A DNA stretch of 64,000 nt from Azolla caroliniana. Its lineage: Eukaryota > Plantae > Polypodiophyta. Where the stretch lies: the NCBI GenBank assembly GCA_043228905.1, contig JBHGNT010000021.1, forward strand, positions 5,704,001 to 5,768,000, read 5' to 3'. The notes under the pieces were generated by a model. It was given only the letters and a program-made list of their open reading frames with translations, was not told where the DNA came from and did no database searches. This document shows, piece after piece, positions 33,501 to 43,469 of this stretch. A program made the translations under genes and the position numbers. Positions within the stretch are counted from its first letter, which is position 1. Every line of letters begins with the position of its first letter.

Positions 33501-36317
33501 CCTCAGTTATATCAGCATCAGATCCACTTAGGCAAGGACGCGAAACCAGTGGCGCAACGACGTTACCGAATGAACCCCAACTACGCCGCCAAAGTGAAGG
33601 AGGAAATCGACAAACTCCTAAGAGTGGGCTTCATCCGGCCGGTAAAGAAAGCGACGTGGCTGAGCCCCATCGTCGTCGTCCCCAAGAAGAACGGTAAAAT
33701 CCGTGTGTGTGTAGATTACAGAAAACTAAATGCCGCGACAATTACGGATGCATTCCCTCTTCCGTTCACGGACGGAGTACTGGATGCCGTCGCCGGCCAT
33801 GAAGTTTATAGCTTTCTAGACGGATTCAGTGGTTACAATCAAATCCGGATGCACCCGGACGACCAGGAGAAGACAGCGTTCGTCACCGAATGGGGGGTGT
33901 TTGTGGCCGAAGTCATGATGTTCGGCCTAAAAACGGCACCAGCAACGTTCCAGCGAATCATCATGGAGATCTTCGTCGAATACATTCCTGCCTTCATGCA
34001 AGTTTTCCTGGATGATTTTGCAGTTTATAGCCGGGGAAAAGACCATTTGCAGCACCTACGGTTATGCCTTGAAAAGTGTAGGTTGTACCGGCTAAGCTTA
34101 AACCCAGCGAAATGCATCTTTGGAGTCTCAAGTGGAATATTGCTGGGACACATTGTCAGTAAGGAGGGCATTGCGGTCGACCCGGACAAAGTAAACGCCA
34201 TACTAGGGGCACCGGCACCGAAAACAGCCAAAGCACTAAGCCGATTCTTAGGACAGATCCGGTGGCACAGCCGGATGCTCCGTCACTTGGCTGATTTGGC
34301 TACACCATTACACACCGCGGTACATCGGACACCGTTCCAATGGACGGATACGGAGGATAAGGCATACAATGCCCTGAAGGTACTTTTATCGCAAGCACCC
34401 GTCGTGCAGCCTCCGGATTGGAGCAAGGAATTTCATGTGTTCGTGGACGCTTCCGACATCGCTATTGGCAGCGCCTTAATGCAACTTACGGAGCCTAAAT
34501 GGTACCGGCCGGTATATTACGCCAGCTGGAAGCTGTCCCAAGCGGAGAAGAACTATTCAACGACGGAACGGGAGGCCCTGGGCATGATCTACAGTGTAAC
34601 AAAGTTTCGTCACTACCTATTGGGAAGGAAGTTCTCCTTCCATGTGGATCACTCGGCGCTCCTCTACTTAGTTTCCAAGGCGTCCCTGACCGGTAAGTTG
34701 GCCCGTTGGACCTTACTGTTGCAGGAGTTCGAATTCGAGATTTTCCACCGGCCCGGTATCCAGCATGCCGTAACAGACTACCTGAGCCGGTTAGAGTCCG
34801 GAGAACCAGGCGACGGAGTAGCGGATGAATTCCCGGACGCGGAGTTATTCCGTATCACCCCGGAAACGGCAGCGGACGACACGGTGGCATCAGAAGATAA
34901 ATGGCTGACAAACATGCACCAGTTCCTAAGCACGGGCCTGCCACCGGAGGAAATGAACCGGGACGAGAGGAAACGACTGGCGGTGCAGAGCCGCAATTTC
35001 TGTCTGTTACGGGACACCCTCTACCACAAAGGAGCAGATGGAATATGGAGACGGGCAGTCCGTAGTGACGAGAAAGAAGTAATCTTACGAGAAGCACACT
35101 GTGGGGTTGCCGGGGGACACTATGCCGGGGAAGCGACGGCAAGGAAGGTATGGCAGAGCGGCTTATGGTGGCCCACGACGCTAAAAGATGCCGTCAAGTA
35201 TGCTAAGGAATGTGACCTATGCCAACGAATGGGCCAGCCTACGGAGCAAGCACGGATGCCACACCAACCGGTACTTCCACTAGAGCCATTCCAGAAGTGG
35301 GGGTTGGATTTTGTCGGACCATTCAAGCCACCGGCAATGAGAACGGGTAATCGTTATGTCATCGTGGCAACGGATTATTGCACTAAATGGGTGGAAGCTA
35401 AGGCCCTGAGAGACAACACCGCGTCATCGACAGCAAAATTCCTGTACGAAAACATTTGGTGCCGATATGGATGTCCGATTGAATTAATCAGCGACCAAGG
35501 AGGCCACTTCCTCGGCCAGGTAGTGGAAAGCTTAACAACGTTCTATGCCGTGGTCCATAAAAGAAGCACACCGTATTACCCACAGGCGAACGGGTTAGCA
35601 GAGTCCACCAACAAAACGCTGCAGAACATTCTCCGCAAAATTGTCAATGAAAACCGGACGGACTGGGACACAAAGCTCCATAGTGCGCTATGGGCGTACA
35701 GAACGGCATACAAAACGAGTATCCGGACAACGCCGTTCCGGTTAGCATTCGGCTTAGAAGCGGTCATGCCGGTCGAGTTTCAGGTACCAAGCTTACGGAT
35801 CCAACTACGGGAACGGCTGAATGAAAAGAAGTCGGAGGAAATGCGGCTAGCAGCACTATGCGAACTGGAGGAGCAACGGCTGGCCAGCATCCTCCACATG
35901 GAACTGGAGCAACGACGACGGAAAGCGTTCGTTGACCGTCACCGGAAAGGTAACGAAAAGATGTTCGAAATCGGAAAGCCGGTGCTAGTATTCCAAACGA
36001 GGATGGGCAAGATGCCGGGTAAACTCCGGTTCAGATGGACAGGCCCGTATTGGCTGACACGGGAATACAACGGGTCCTATCAGATAGGGACACTTGCCGG
36101 TGAAGTACTAGGCAAGTGGGTGAACGGATTTCGACTAAAGCCCTATAAAGGACCGATGCCAAAGAACCCGTTTATGCAGCGCACCGGCACTATACCGGGA
36201 TCGGTACGGATCGATCCGGAAGAAAAAGACGACGGGGAACCCGTAGCAGAGACAAAGGAAGACACGGCAACCCGTAAGGAAAACGGTCAGGGTCCGAAGG
36301 GACCTACGGATGTGTAA
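30507..36317 (+). CDS. Intact Gypsy Gag-Pol polyprotein, 1936 aa
   Basis: Gag capsid, three CCHC knuckles (CTICLNAGHSAVEC, CVICQSKSHTTDRC, CYYCRQEGHYSNQC), protease IDGGS, RT (LDGFSGYNQI, FLDDF), RNase H (VDASD, YSTTERE), integrase HHCC plus WGLDFVGP/ISDQG/ANGLAE and GPY motif. No chromodomain. Confidence 0.97.
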   Translation: MTRPTHDLVTDRARRIAERQRRRETFQQAAQEIRSDRSFSNEIRRVAEESLRLRQTRDQDDGSSLSSLRETERLLEALASGENEAEAFSAYESESEGGYSVHTNYRSSNDTPGGPEDDGSDTVPTPEPEPLNQGYPEPEVEDAKPPTPTNFPAKVPEKEPEKGPAKEPEVEPEKEPEKDQQTPLNRGLILDDDMPFQYSKYRDDPDAEAHVDDFEQTWEANHTSQRMTPEEEERSKIAEFGVTLEGPATRWRRSQDPATITTFAELKAKFLHFFHKEVDQTTMVGLFYTIRQEAGESIPQFVIRFQRMHSQLARAPPEEELRTIFLNALREPLRTVCTVIDFRGCTIDQVIDRVREMEKTSSWLTLGTLQRALPTEEDLRFRQAIQCTICLNAGHSAVECTMRTQCVICQSKSHTTDRCEYNLLNRQAPPVRRIEPRSSRDEDDDRWQRGNRYPPAQDVRYGDRQENDGQYGNRRDNYDRYERSDRYREPNRRHEQYDRDHSPGYRRHQEDYGRCYDPPRPDYRNKHKNNKKRNFKKGGHPRDPEHGIPRSQPAQNAPLATGPTPATSNAESSNTRKEYCYYCRQEGHYSNQCPVKSYEKRPAVNMVVPEVTDVQQVTTRSKGMAKEWETQEAIRKQATEWVKEANEKNVADAERQKANSIGSAGGSHPENETWQALQECQITLPLGRLLQLVPRFTEGLKTGMTDGIAPPAPVLFSNPEEGPTVVDTSSPAITAIVKGHELPGTVIDGGSGVNVISLRTCDALGIHEWEPCPFWLRMADTSSVRPTGLIRKLEVTIGGHTFHISAVVLQLQAQGAYPLLLGRPWLKTAHIKQNWRKNMITFRRGKAKVRVPTQPQTSNGKECTPLYAECVNMLEGLADDEEAQYLEEHPKIVPLFEIDVAEAVAPYLPQRDDTEAEPDKDAIRELRQTQEALEREMAVSQRVKASQLDEVNLGSKDESKPVHIAKEMKPEDKAAMIKLLTEFRDVFAWSYEHMRGLDPQLYQHQIHLGKDAKPVAQRRYRMNPNYAAKVKEEIDKLLRVGFIRPVKKATWLSPIVVVPKKNGKIRVCVDYRKLNAATITDAFPLPFTDGVLDAVAGHEVYSFLDGFSGYNQIRMHPDDQEKTAFVTEWGVFVAEVMMFGLKTAPATFQRIIMEIFVEYIPAFMQVFLDDFAVYSRGKDHLQHLRLCLEKCRLYRLSLNPAKCIFGVSSGILLGHIVSKEGIAVDPDKVNAILGAPAPKTAKALSRFLGQIRWHSRMLRHLADLATPLHTAVHRTPFQWTDTEDKAYNALKVLLSQAPVVQPPDWSKEFHVFVDASDIAIGSALMQLTEPKWYRPVYYASWKLSQAEKNYSTTEREALGMIYSVTKFRHYLLGRKFSFHVDHSALLYLVSKASLTGKLARWTLLLQEFEFEIFHRPGIQHAVTDYLSRLESGEPGDGVADEFPDAELFRITPETAADDTVASEDKWLTNMHQFLSTGLPPEEMNRDERKRLAVQSRNFCLLRDTLYHKGADGIWRRAVRSDEKEVILREAHCGVAGGHYAGEATARKVWQSGLWWPTTLKDAVKYAKECDLCQRMGQPTEQARMPHQPVLPLEPFQKWGLDFVGPFKPPAMRTGNRYVIVATDYCTKWVEAKALRDNTASSTAKFLYENIWCRYGCPIELISDQGGHFLGQVVESLTTFYAVVHKRSTPYYPQANGLAESTNKTLQNILRKIVNENRTDWDTKLHSALWAYRTAYKTSIRTTPFRLAFGLEAVMPVEFQVPSLRIQLRERLNEKKSEEMRLAALCELEEQRLASILHMELEQRRRKAFVDRHRKGNEKMFEIGKPVLVFQTRMGKMPGKLRFRWTGPYWLTREYNGSYQIGTLAGEVLGKWVNGFRLKPYKGPMPKNPFMQRTGTIPGSVRIDPEEKDDGEPVAETKEDTATRKENGQGPKGPTDV

Positions 36318-36339
36318 GGTCACACACCGTCATGAATAG

Positions 36340-36373
<34 letters not shown>

Positions 36374-36696
36374 TAAAAATCGAGGTATGAACGGGTGTGA
36401 AAGCAAGGCGCGAAAAGGTACGTAGTGGGCATTTAAGAGCCGCCACGTACTTAATACTAAATCGGTACACGACGTGCGCACGCTCGAAAAAAGGCGCCAA
36501 GACGCACAGAGAAAAAGAGGAGCGCATGGAGACCTTCTTTTTTCGCGAGCCAAGAAGCACAGAAGCACCAAGGCAGTGGAAGCTGAGCAAACGCGAACCT
36601 GCACGCAGAGAACCCCCGCGCTCAGAACGCTCTCTCTCTCACTCTCACCCTCATCACCACTCTACCTCGCCATCTTCCCTCGACCTTGAAGCAGAC

Positions 36697-39381
36697 ATGG
36701 AACCACAAACGCTGTCGGAAGCGGCCAGGAAATGGTTCAGGCAAAACGGACTGGAGGGGTTCTTGGCCATCATGGAGGCACCGCCGCACAGAGAAGCCGA
36801 CCGGGTCATCAAGGAGCTCGCCACAGAGGTCATCACCGAGGAAGCGATCCGCGCGCTAACAGGCCTTCCGGAGGGAGGAATCTTTCAGATCGATAACCCA
36901 ACCTCGGAGCAACTCACCCGATATTTCGGTGAGTACTCTGTTGCCGGCAAAGGCTATCGGACGCAGGGCGGCGAAGATCCGCTATTCAGGGAGATAGCTC
37001 GAGTGCTCCATGAGTACGGTCACGTGTACCCCCGACCCCCTGTCATGCCAAAAAATCGGGCAGGGATGATCATAGCCACCTATGAAGGGGTCAAGGTGGA
37101 TTGGCCGGTGTTGATTGCAGACGGGTTGTGCATGGCAATCGACATGGTACGAGGGAAGGACGGCAAGGAGGGCCGGAAGCTGTGGCACGCCGTAGCTCAA
37201 TGGATAACATTGCTCGTGCTGCCGGTCGAAACCGCCCAGCCAAAGAAGCGGCCAAGAGTATCGGAAGGAAGCACCTCGAAGCCGGCGTCCAAACGACAGC
37301 AGCTGCTGGCGTCGAAGGCGACGAAAGGGAAGAAACGGGTCCCAGAACCGGAGGAGGTGTCACCGGTCCGACCCGTCAAGATAACCTTACGGAGACCGGG
37401 ACAGAAGGAACCGGAACCCTTGACGGCACAGAAACATGCCGTGACACAGGAAGAGGAAACGGAGGAGCCAGAAGAGCACCTCCAACGACGGTCAAGAAGT
37501 AGGACCGCCGAGACAGGAGGGGAGCGGTCGTACCCGCGAGAGGCCGAAACGCCCCCAACTCAACCTGAGCAAACCACAAGGGAAGAACCGGAACCGGTGC
37601 ATAGGGAACCGGTCTTGGCGACTTCTATAGAAGAAGTCATGCCAACGGCTGCGGAGACGGCGGGAACCGGAACGCAATAGCCGGCGAGCACAGCCAGCAC
37701 ACACGGCGGCCAAGGAGTAGAACCAGAACGGCATATGCAGGCACTCAGGCCAGACAATTCCACAGGGAATGAGCCGACCCGACCAGTACAACAACAAGGC
37801 ACCAGTAGCATGTGGCTACGGTGGGTAGGCGAGCAAATCGCCGGAGTGGTCGAGTATATAGAGGCGGAAGAGAGAGCGCACCAGGAACGGTTGCTCGTCA
37901 CAACCGTAGATCTAGAGACGGCCCGGTCCAGAATCCGGAGCCTGGAACAAGACTTGGACAGGGCTCAAGTGGCTGTGACAACACAAGTCCAAGCACCGGT
38001 GACTCCGGGCAATGTACAGAATAAAGTGTCAAATCAACCTGTACATAGCAATCAGACCCCGGCAACGGAAACCGTTCCGGAGAGAAATGCGGCACAAGCC
38101 CAAGAGCTTGCGGATTTAAAGGATGAGCTAGCTGCCCAGGAAGCGCTGAGGAGCCGCGAAAGAGAATTGAAGACGGCAGCGGAGGCAGAACTCAAAAAGA
38201 CTGCTGAGAATCTACGCCGGGCCGAGGAGAGCTTACGGAAAGGCCACCAAGCATACGACCGGCTCAAGGAGGAAAAGGAGAAAATGCTGCAAGAGAAGGA
38301 CAAGCTCCGGAGGAACGCCGAAACAGAAGTAGAGCGCCTGAAAGAGGAACTCCGGCAGGTAAAGGACCGGGAGGACCGGAACCATCGCCAAATCAACGGC
38401 AAGCTCAAACAAAAAACGGAGGAATTTGAGCAATTGCACCGGGAGTATAAACGGTTGCAAACGGAGCACAAGGAACGGACGGATGAGCTCCGGCAAGCCG
38501 TTGATCGGACCGCAACCGCATTCGCCAAGGAACAAGCGGAAAACAGAAGACGGTTGGAAGAGGCGGAGAAGGTTCGGACAGAGCTCCTCAGGCAACAGCA
38601 GGCGGAAAAAGAAAGAGCGGCGGAGGTACTGCAGAGGCTGCAAACGACATATCAAGGGCAGCTGACGCGCTACAGAGAGCAGGCGGAGGATACGGCAAAT
38701 CTCATCAAGCAGTTGAAGGAGGAGCGACAAGTGGTGGAAAGCAGAGCTCAAATGGGAGCAAGTCGCATCCAAGATATAATGCGGGCCTGGTTGAACCAGA
38801 CCAAGAGCTTGATTGACAACGGCTCCGTCAAATGGTGGACCAAGTGGGCCACGAACGCGGCGGAACTCCAATTGCTCCGGGTTGACGTAGAGAACCGGCG
38901 GAAGGAGGGAGATGATTGCTATATGCTGACTTCCGAAGACTTCACCGGCATAAGAGATGAGCTTGCCGAAGACTTTCAAGCCTTGGCAGAGGACCAACTA
39001 GAGCAAGTCCGGCAACTTGTAGCTCAGCTGGACGACGACAGGCTGGAGGCGCAGATCCAGTTTGAAAGCTACGAGAGGTCCCGGATCCGGGGAGAGAAAG
39101 AACGAGAACCAGTTACGGTCAACCTCAGTGATGAGGAACCGCTACTCGAAGGAGACCGGACTGGAAGCAGTCAAACTGAGATGCCGGAGTCAGAAAGACA
39201 AACGGAGCAGCCGGAGTCAGCGAAACAAACGGAGCAGCAGCAGCAAGGAGAGCAGCCGGAGCAGCCTCAGTTCCAACCGCAACCACAGCAGCAGCAGCAA
39301 GCACAGCCGCAACAACCACAACAAGAAGAACAAGTGGAAATTCTTGAGCAAAGTATTTTGGACAATTTGGGTGAACAATGA
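36697..39381 (+). CDS. Extra 3' ORF of the Gypsy (about 894 codons, one in-frame TAG at 37678-37680): globular N-domain, basic patch, long coiled coil, Q-rich tail
   Basis: The listed ORFs 36397-37680 and 37735-39381 are in the same frame and separated by one TAG. The C-terminal half is heptad-like and E/K/R/Q-rich. Confidence 0.75.
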
Positions 39382-42300
39382 AGGGGCCGAGAAGGGTTCG
39401 ACGTACAAGGTACTGTCCCACGGGCGTGCCATGTGTTACCGGCCGGCAAGGAGTCCAAAATACGGAGTGAAGGAATTAATTATATATGGTTGTAAATGAG
39501 GATAGTGTGGACGGACGGACTGGAAACGGTATGCCGTTCCAGATCCGGACGGATCCCGAATAGGTGCGAGGGGCACCGTTTTGTACTACGGGCCGGAAAC
39601 CTATTTAAAGGCCCGGACCCCATTGTAATAGCAGCGGATAATTAATAGAGATTATGATGTTTATACTTCTGTCTTGATTTCCGTTCTGTAATCACTGTTA
39701 TATCTTACGCGTGTAATTAACCAAAGCAATCTAATCGTGTAACCTACGTAAGTCGGTGTAATCGTTGAATCTTGATCCTATGCCGTAATCACCCTTTGGT
39801 GAAGTGTCTCCGTGACACCTTGTGTTAGGCCTTGTCCGGCTAAGCGAATAACAGTTCCGGATTGCTCTCTTCTCTTTCAGCAACTCCGTTAGTTCATATG
39901 TGTGGTTCTCATGCAGGGAATCCATCTCATCCTGAATGGCACTTAACCACTTGCGGTTGTGGGTGTCTCTCTTTGCTTCTTTGAAGCTTTTCGGCTCCCC
40001 CTCATCGATTAGCAACACATGCTCTGCATCTAGAAATCTCCGAAGGGCTCTTCTCTCTCGGAGAGGATATCTCCATCCCTAGTTTCTGACTGTCGGTTCC
40101 TCCGTTTGTTCCTCATCTTAATCTTATTCGGGATCTTGTCTAGTTTCGATGTCTTCTTCTTCGGTCGGTTCGGTTCTTTGTCCATATCCGGCCGGTTCGT
40201 CGAGTGTCATCCGGTTACCGGTTAGCGTCCGGTTTTCAACCGGGTAAGTCCTTGTGTCCTCAAGCCGGTTTTCAATGAATGATCCGGAGTTCATCACCTT
40301 CTCCGACTCCCAGTCGCCAATGGTCATGTCTTCCATGAAGACTATGTCCCGACTGTAGAACACCTTCTTGTCGACCAGATCCCACACCCGATAACCGAAC
40401 TCATCATCACCGTATCCAAGGAATATGCATGGCCTGGACTTCGGATCCAGCTTTGCTCTCTTGTCCTTTGCAACTTGCACATATGCAAGACACCCAAACA
40501 CCTTCAGATGCCGATAAGATACATCTTTACCGGTCCATACTTTCTGAGGTGAGTCTCCTTCCAAGGGTGTCGAGGGTGATCTATTTATCACATAGGTCGT
40601 CGTCGTCAACGCCTTAGCCCAAAATGTCTTGAGTATCTTTGCATGTGCTAGCATGCTCCGTTATCTGCTCGAACCGCCTTCAGCTTCTGGCCGATTTCTC
40701 TTTCCACTCTCGCGTGGACCTCCTTGAAGACGGATATCACTTGATCCTTCGTCTTCAATGGTGAGACCCACAACTTCCGACTTTGGTCATCTATGAACGT
40801 CACAAAGTACTACGATCCGGCATGTGACTTCTTGTCCACTTGACACACATCGGTATGCACCAGCTCTAGTGGTGCATTCTGTCTAATCGGTGGTCTTGAT
40901 CAAAAGGAGGTTCATTTTTGCTTGCCGGCCAAGCAATTGGTGCACTTCTCAAGTTACACATCCTTCACCGGAATGAGGTTGTCTTCGGCAAGCCTCTTCA
41001 TCCCCTTCTCACTCATGTGACGCAGTTTTTTGTGCCACATCTCACCGGTAGTGTCAGATGCTACGTTCACTTCTTCCCGGCATATCCGGGCATTCATCAA
41101 GTACAATGTGTTGATCTTCCAGGCTCGAGCCACTATCAAGCTTCCCTTGCTGAATTTCATAACATCGTTCCGGATGCTACACGTGTAGCCTTCATCATCT
41201 AGTCAACCGACTGATATCAGGTTCAATAGAACCTCTGGAACGTGTCGGACATCCTTCAGCAGCAATTTGCATCCGGTTGATGTCGTCAACAACACATCTC
41301 CTATGCCGATAATTCGGCATGTGCCTTCATTCCCCATCCGGACACAACCACGATCACCGGTTGTGTAGGATGAGAAGCATTTCCGATCCGGTGTCAGGTG
41401 GAACGACACTCCAGAATCGACAACCCATGTTGTCTCGTCGCCGACAAGGTTTAACTCATTCTCTTTGGTAATGAGCATCAATTCTTCTTCACTTGTCGCG
41501 ATCGCCGACGTTCTTTTTTGATCCAGCCTCTCTAGTCCGAACTCTTCTTCGAACCGGTAGTGTTGGTTTCCTTCTCCTTCCGGAAATGTCGGCTGTTCTT
41601 CTGGAGGTGTCCCGGCTTCCCACAATAGAAGCACGTGGGCCTTCCCCTTGACTTCGACCTCGTCCCCGATTTGTCCCGGTTTTGGGGACTCCAATACCGG
41701 CCTCTTCCCCGGTTGTGGTCATCTTCTGTGACCAAGGCCTTCGGATCGGTTGCGGACTCCCAATCCTTCCGGTGAGCTTCTTCATCTAGCAACCTTGATT
41801 TTACCCTTGCTAGGGACAACTGTTTTCCTTTTGGCCCGGCGTTGCCCAACGTGACAACTAACGTCTCCCAGTGATCCGATAGGGAACCGAGTAGGAGCAA
41901 TGCTAGTACCTCATCGGCGAGAGGTACTTCCAACGAGGTTGCTTGATGTATCAGCCCTTGGAAGGCATTCATGTGCTCCGCCATACTAGAGTCATCCTGG
42001 TACCGAAGCCTCACTAGCTTCCGAAATACTAAAACCCGCTTAACGACATTCTTGTTTTGGAACATGATGTCGATCTTCTCCCAGAGTTCATGAGCCTTGC
42101 TCTTGCTCTCTTCATTAAAGTTGTTGTACAGCTCATGTCGATGAAGCACCAGATGTATGTCGTCGTCTTCATGTGCATCACCTCCCACACTGTGGCGTTG
42201 ATCTTATCTAGTCTCTTGGCCCCGAACTAAACTGGCAACCAAAGATCTTTGACCACCAACATATCCCTCATCTTCAACTTCCACACCGAGTAGTTGGAGC

Positions 42301-43469
42301 CGGTGAGCTTGAACATGCCACAGAACAATTCTTCCATTTCTCGTCTTATTCACTCTGATACCACTTGTCAAGGATTGGCACAAAATATTGCTCGGCCACA
42401 ACCAAGTCTTGAATCACATCTATGAGAATAAAACACAGAAATGGGAAATGGAGAGTACAAAAAGGAAATACACATGATGTTTACGTGGAAAACCCAAATA
42501 TGAAAAAAAACCACGAGAGCCCACAGACTCCAACAATCACTATGGGAGAAAGCTACAATCAGAGCCTCAAAGGCAACGACCTCGAGCTTTGTATCTTCAC
42601 CAACTAGCGGTTACAGCAGAGTATCTCTCTATATCTCACACTCTCTCTTTGTCACTCTCTGTACAACAATTACAATAGTATGACAACTACAACCTTACAA
42701 AGTGATTGCCTTAAGTCATATTTATACTTATATGAACTTAGGGCTATTTATAAATATAGCCTCAATAGGGTTACTCAAAACATATCTACAAATATGTCTT
42801 CTCTTTTAGTTTTCACCGACTCTCTTCCAATTCTCACCAGGTCTCCTCTAATTTCTGGATCTCTTCCGATTCTTACCGGGTCCTCTTTATTCATCGCCGG
42901 ATCCCATCCAGAGAGACCAATTTCCCAACAAAGTTTCACTTATAAAATTGAAAATTCTATCACCAAGTTGATGGGTGCACATACCTTGTTAAGTATAGAA
43001 AATTTGAGTTGCTAACAACTTTAGCACCAAAAAGGTCTAGATTACAATAACAATACGCATTTCACTCATTTAGCAATGCCTACAATGTGTCATTAATTTG
43101 AAATCTTACAAATCTCTTCACTATGAAGGTTGGAAATTTCTTAGGACCCTAGGAATTATAGCAAATACAACTTGAAACATGTTGTTTAAGTTGAGAACTT
43201 CAGAAATCTCTCAACCCATAAGGTGCAAGAATTATTAGGATGCTGCAAGAAATAGAGCACTAGGACAAGAAGTACTCGGTAATACACTGGTTCCATGTTA
43301 GTCAACATTTTTGTGGTCTTTAGAAGAAATATTACTACAGCACCCAACAATTGAAATCTCATCAAATACACTGGTGTAATGAGGAAGCAACTAATTATTT
43401 GCATCATGATTTGATAGCATAGCCTCAAACAGAATTGGATGGTTATACATTTGATCTTTTAATCACTCC

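Larger units (their letters stand above)
24444..39853 (+). mobile_element. Young full-length non-chromovirus Ty3/Gypsy with an extra 3' ORF
   Basis: 420-bp LTRs: the 5' LTR is split into 24444-24475 and 30068-30455, and the 3' LTR is 39434-39853. No differences seen between them. TSD GTTCC at 24439-24443 and 39854-39858. PBS TGGCGACCACG (tRNA-Arg type) at 30462-30472. Confidence 0.96.
23160..42930 (-). mobile_element. Old Tnt1/Tork-like Copia (same family as 6160-12200) hosting nested insertions
   Basis: Diverged LTRs 23160-23708 and 42366-42930. TSD GAGTT/AAGTT, PBS iMet at 42351-42363 and PPT at 23709-23719. Gag-PR-IN-RT fragments at 39854-42350 and RT/RNase H (STTEAEYMA, YCDSQSAIHL, HSRTKHI) at 23719-24443, with deletions and stops. 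Confidence 0.93.

Noticed and set aside
36697-39381. Extra Gypsy ORF as a retroviral env
   Set aside because: No signal peptide or transmembrane helix is visible, and the composition is that of a soluble coiled-coil protein.
31157-39499. Antisense ORFs up to 254 aa opposite the Gypsy pol and extra ORF
   Set aside because: These are shadow ORFs of a codon-biased sense frame with no motifs.
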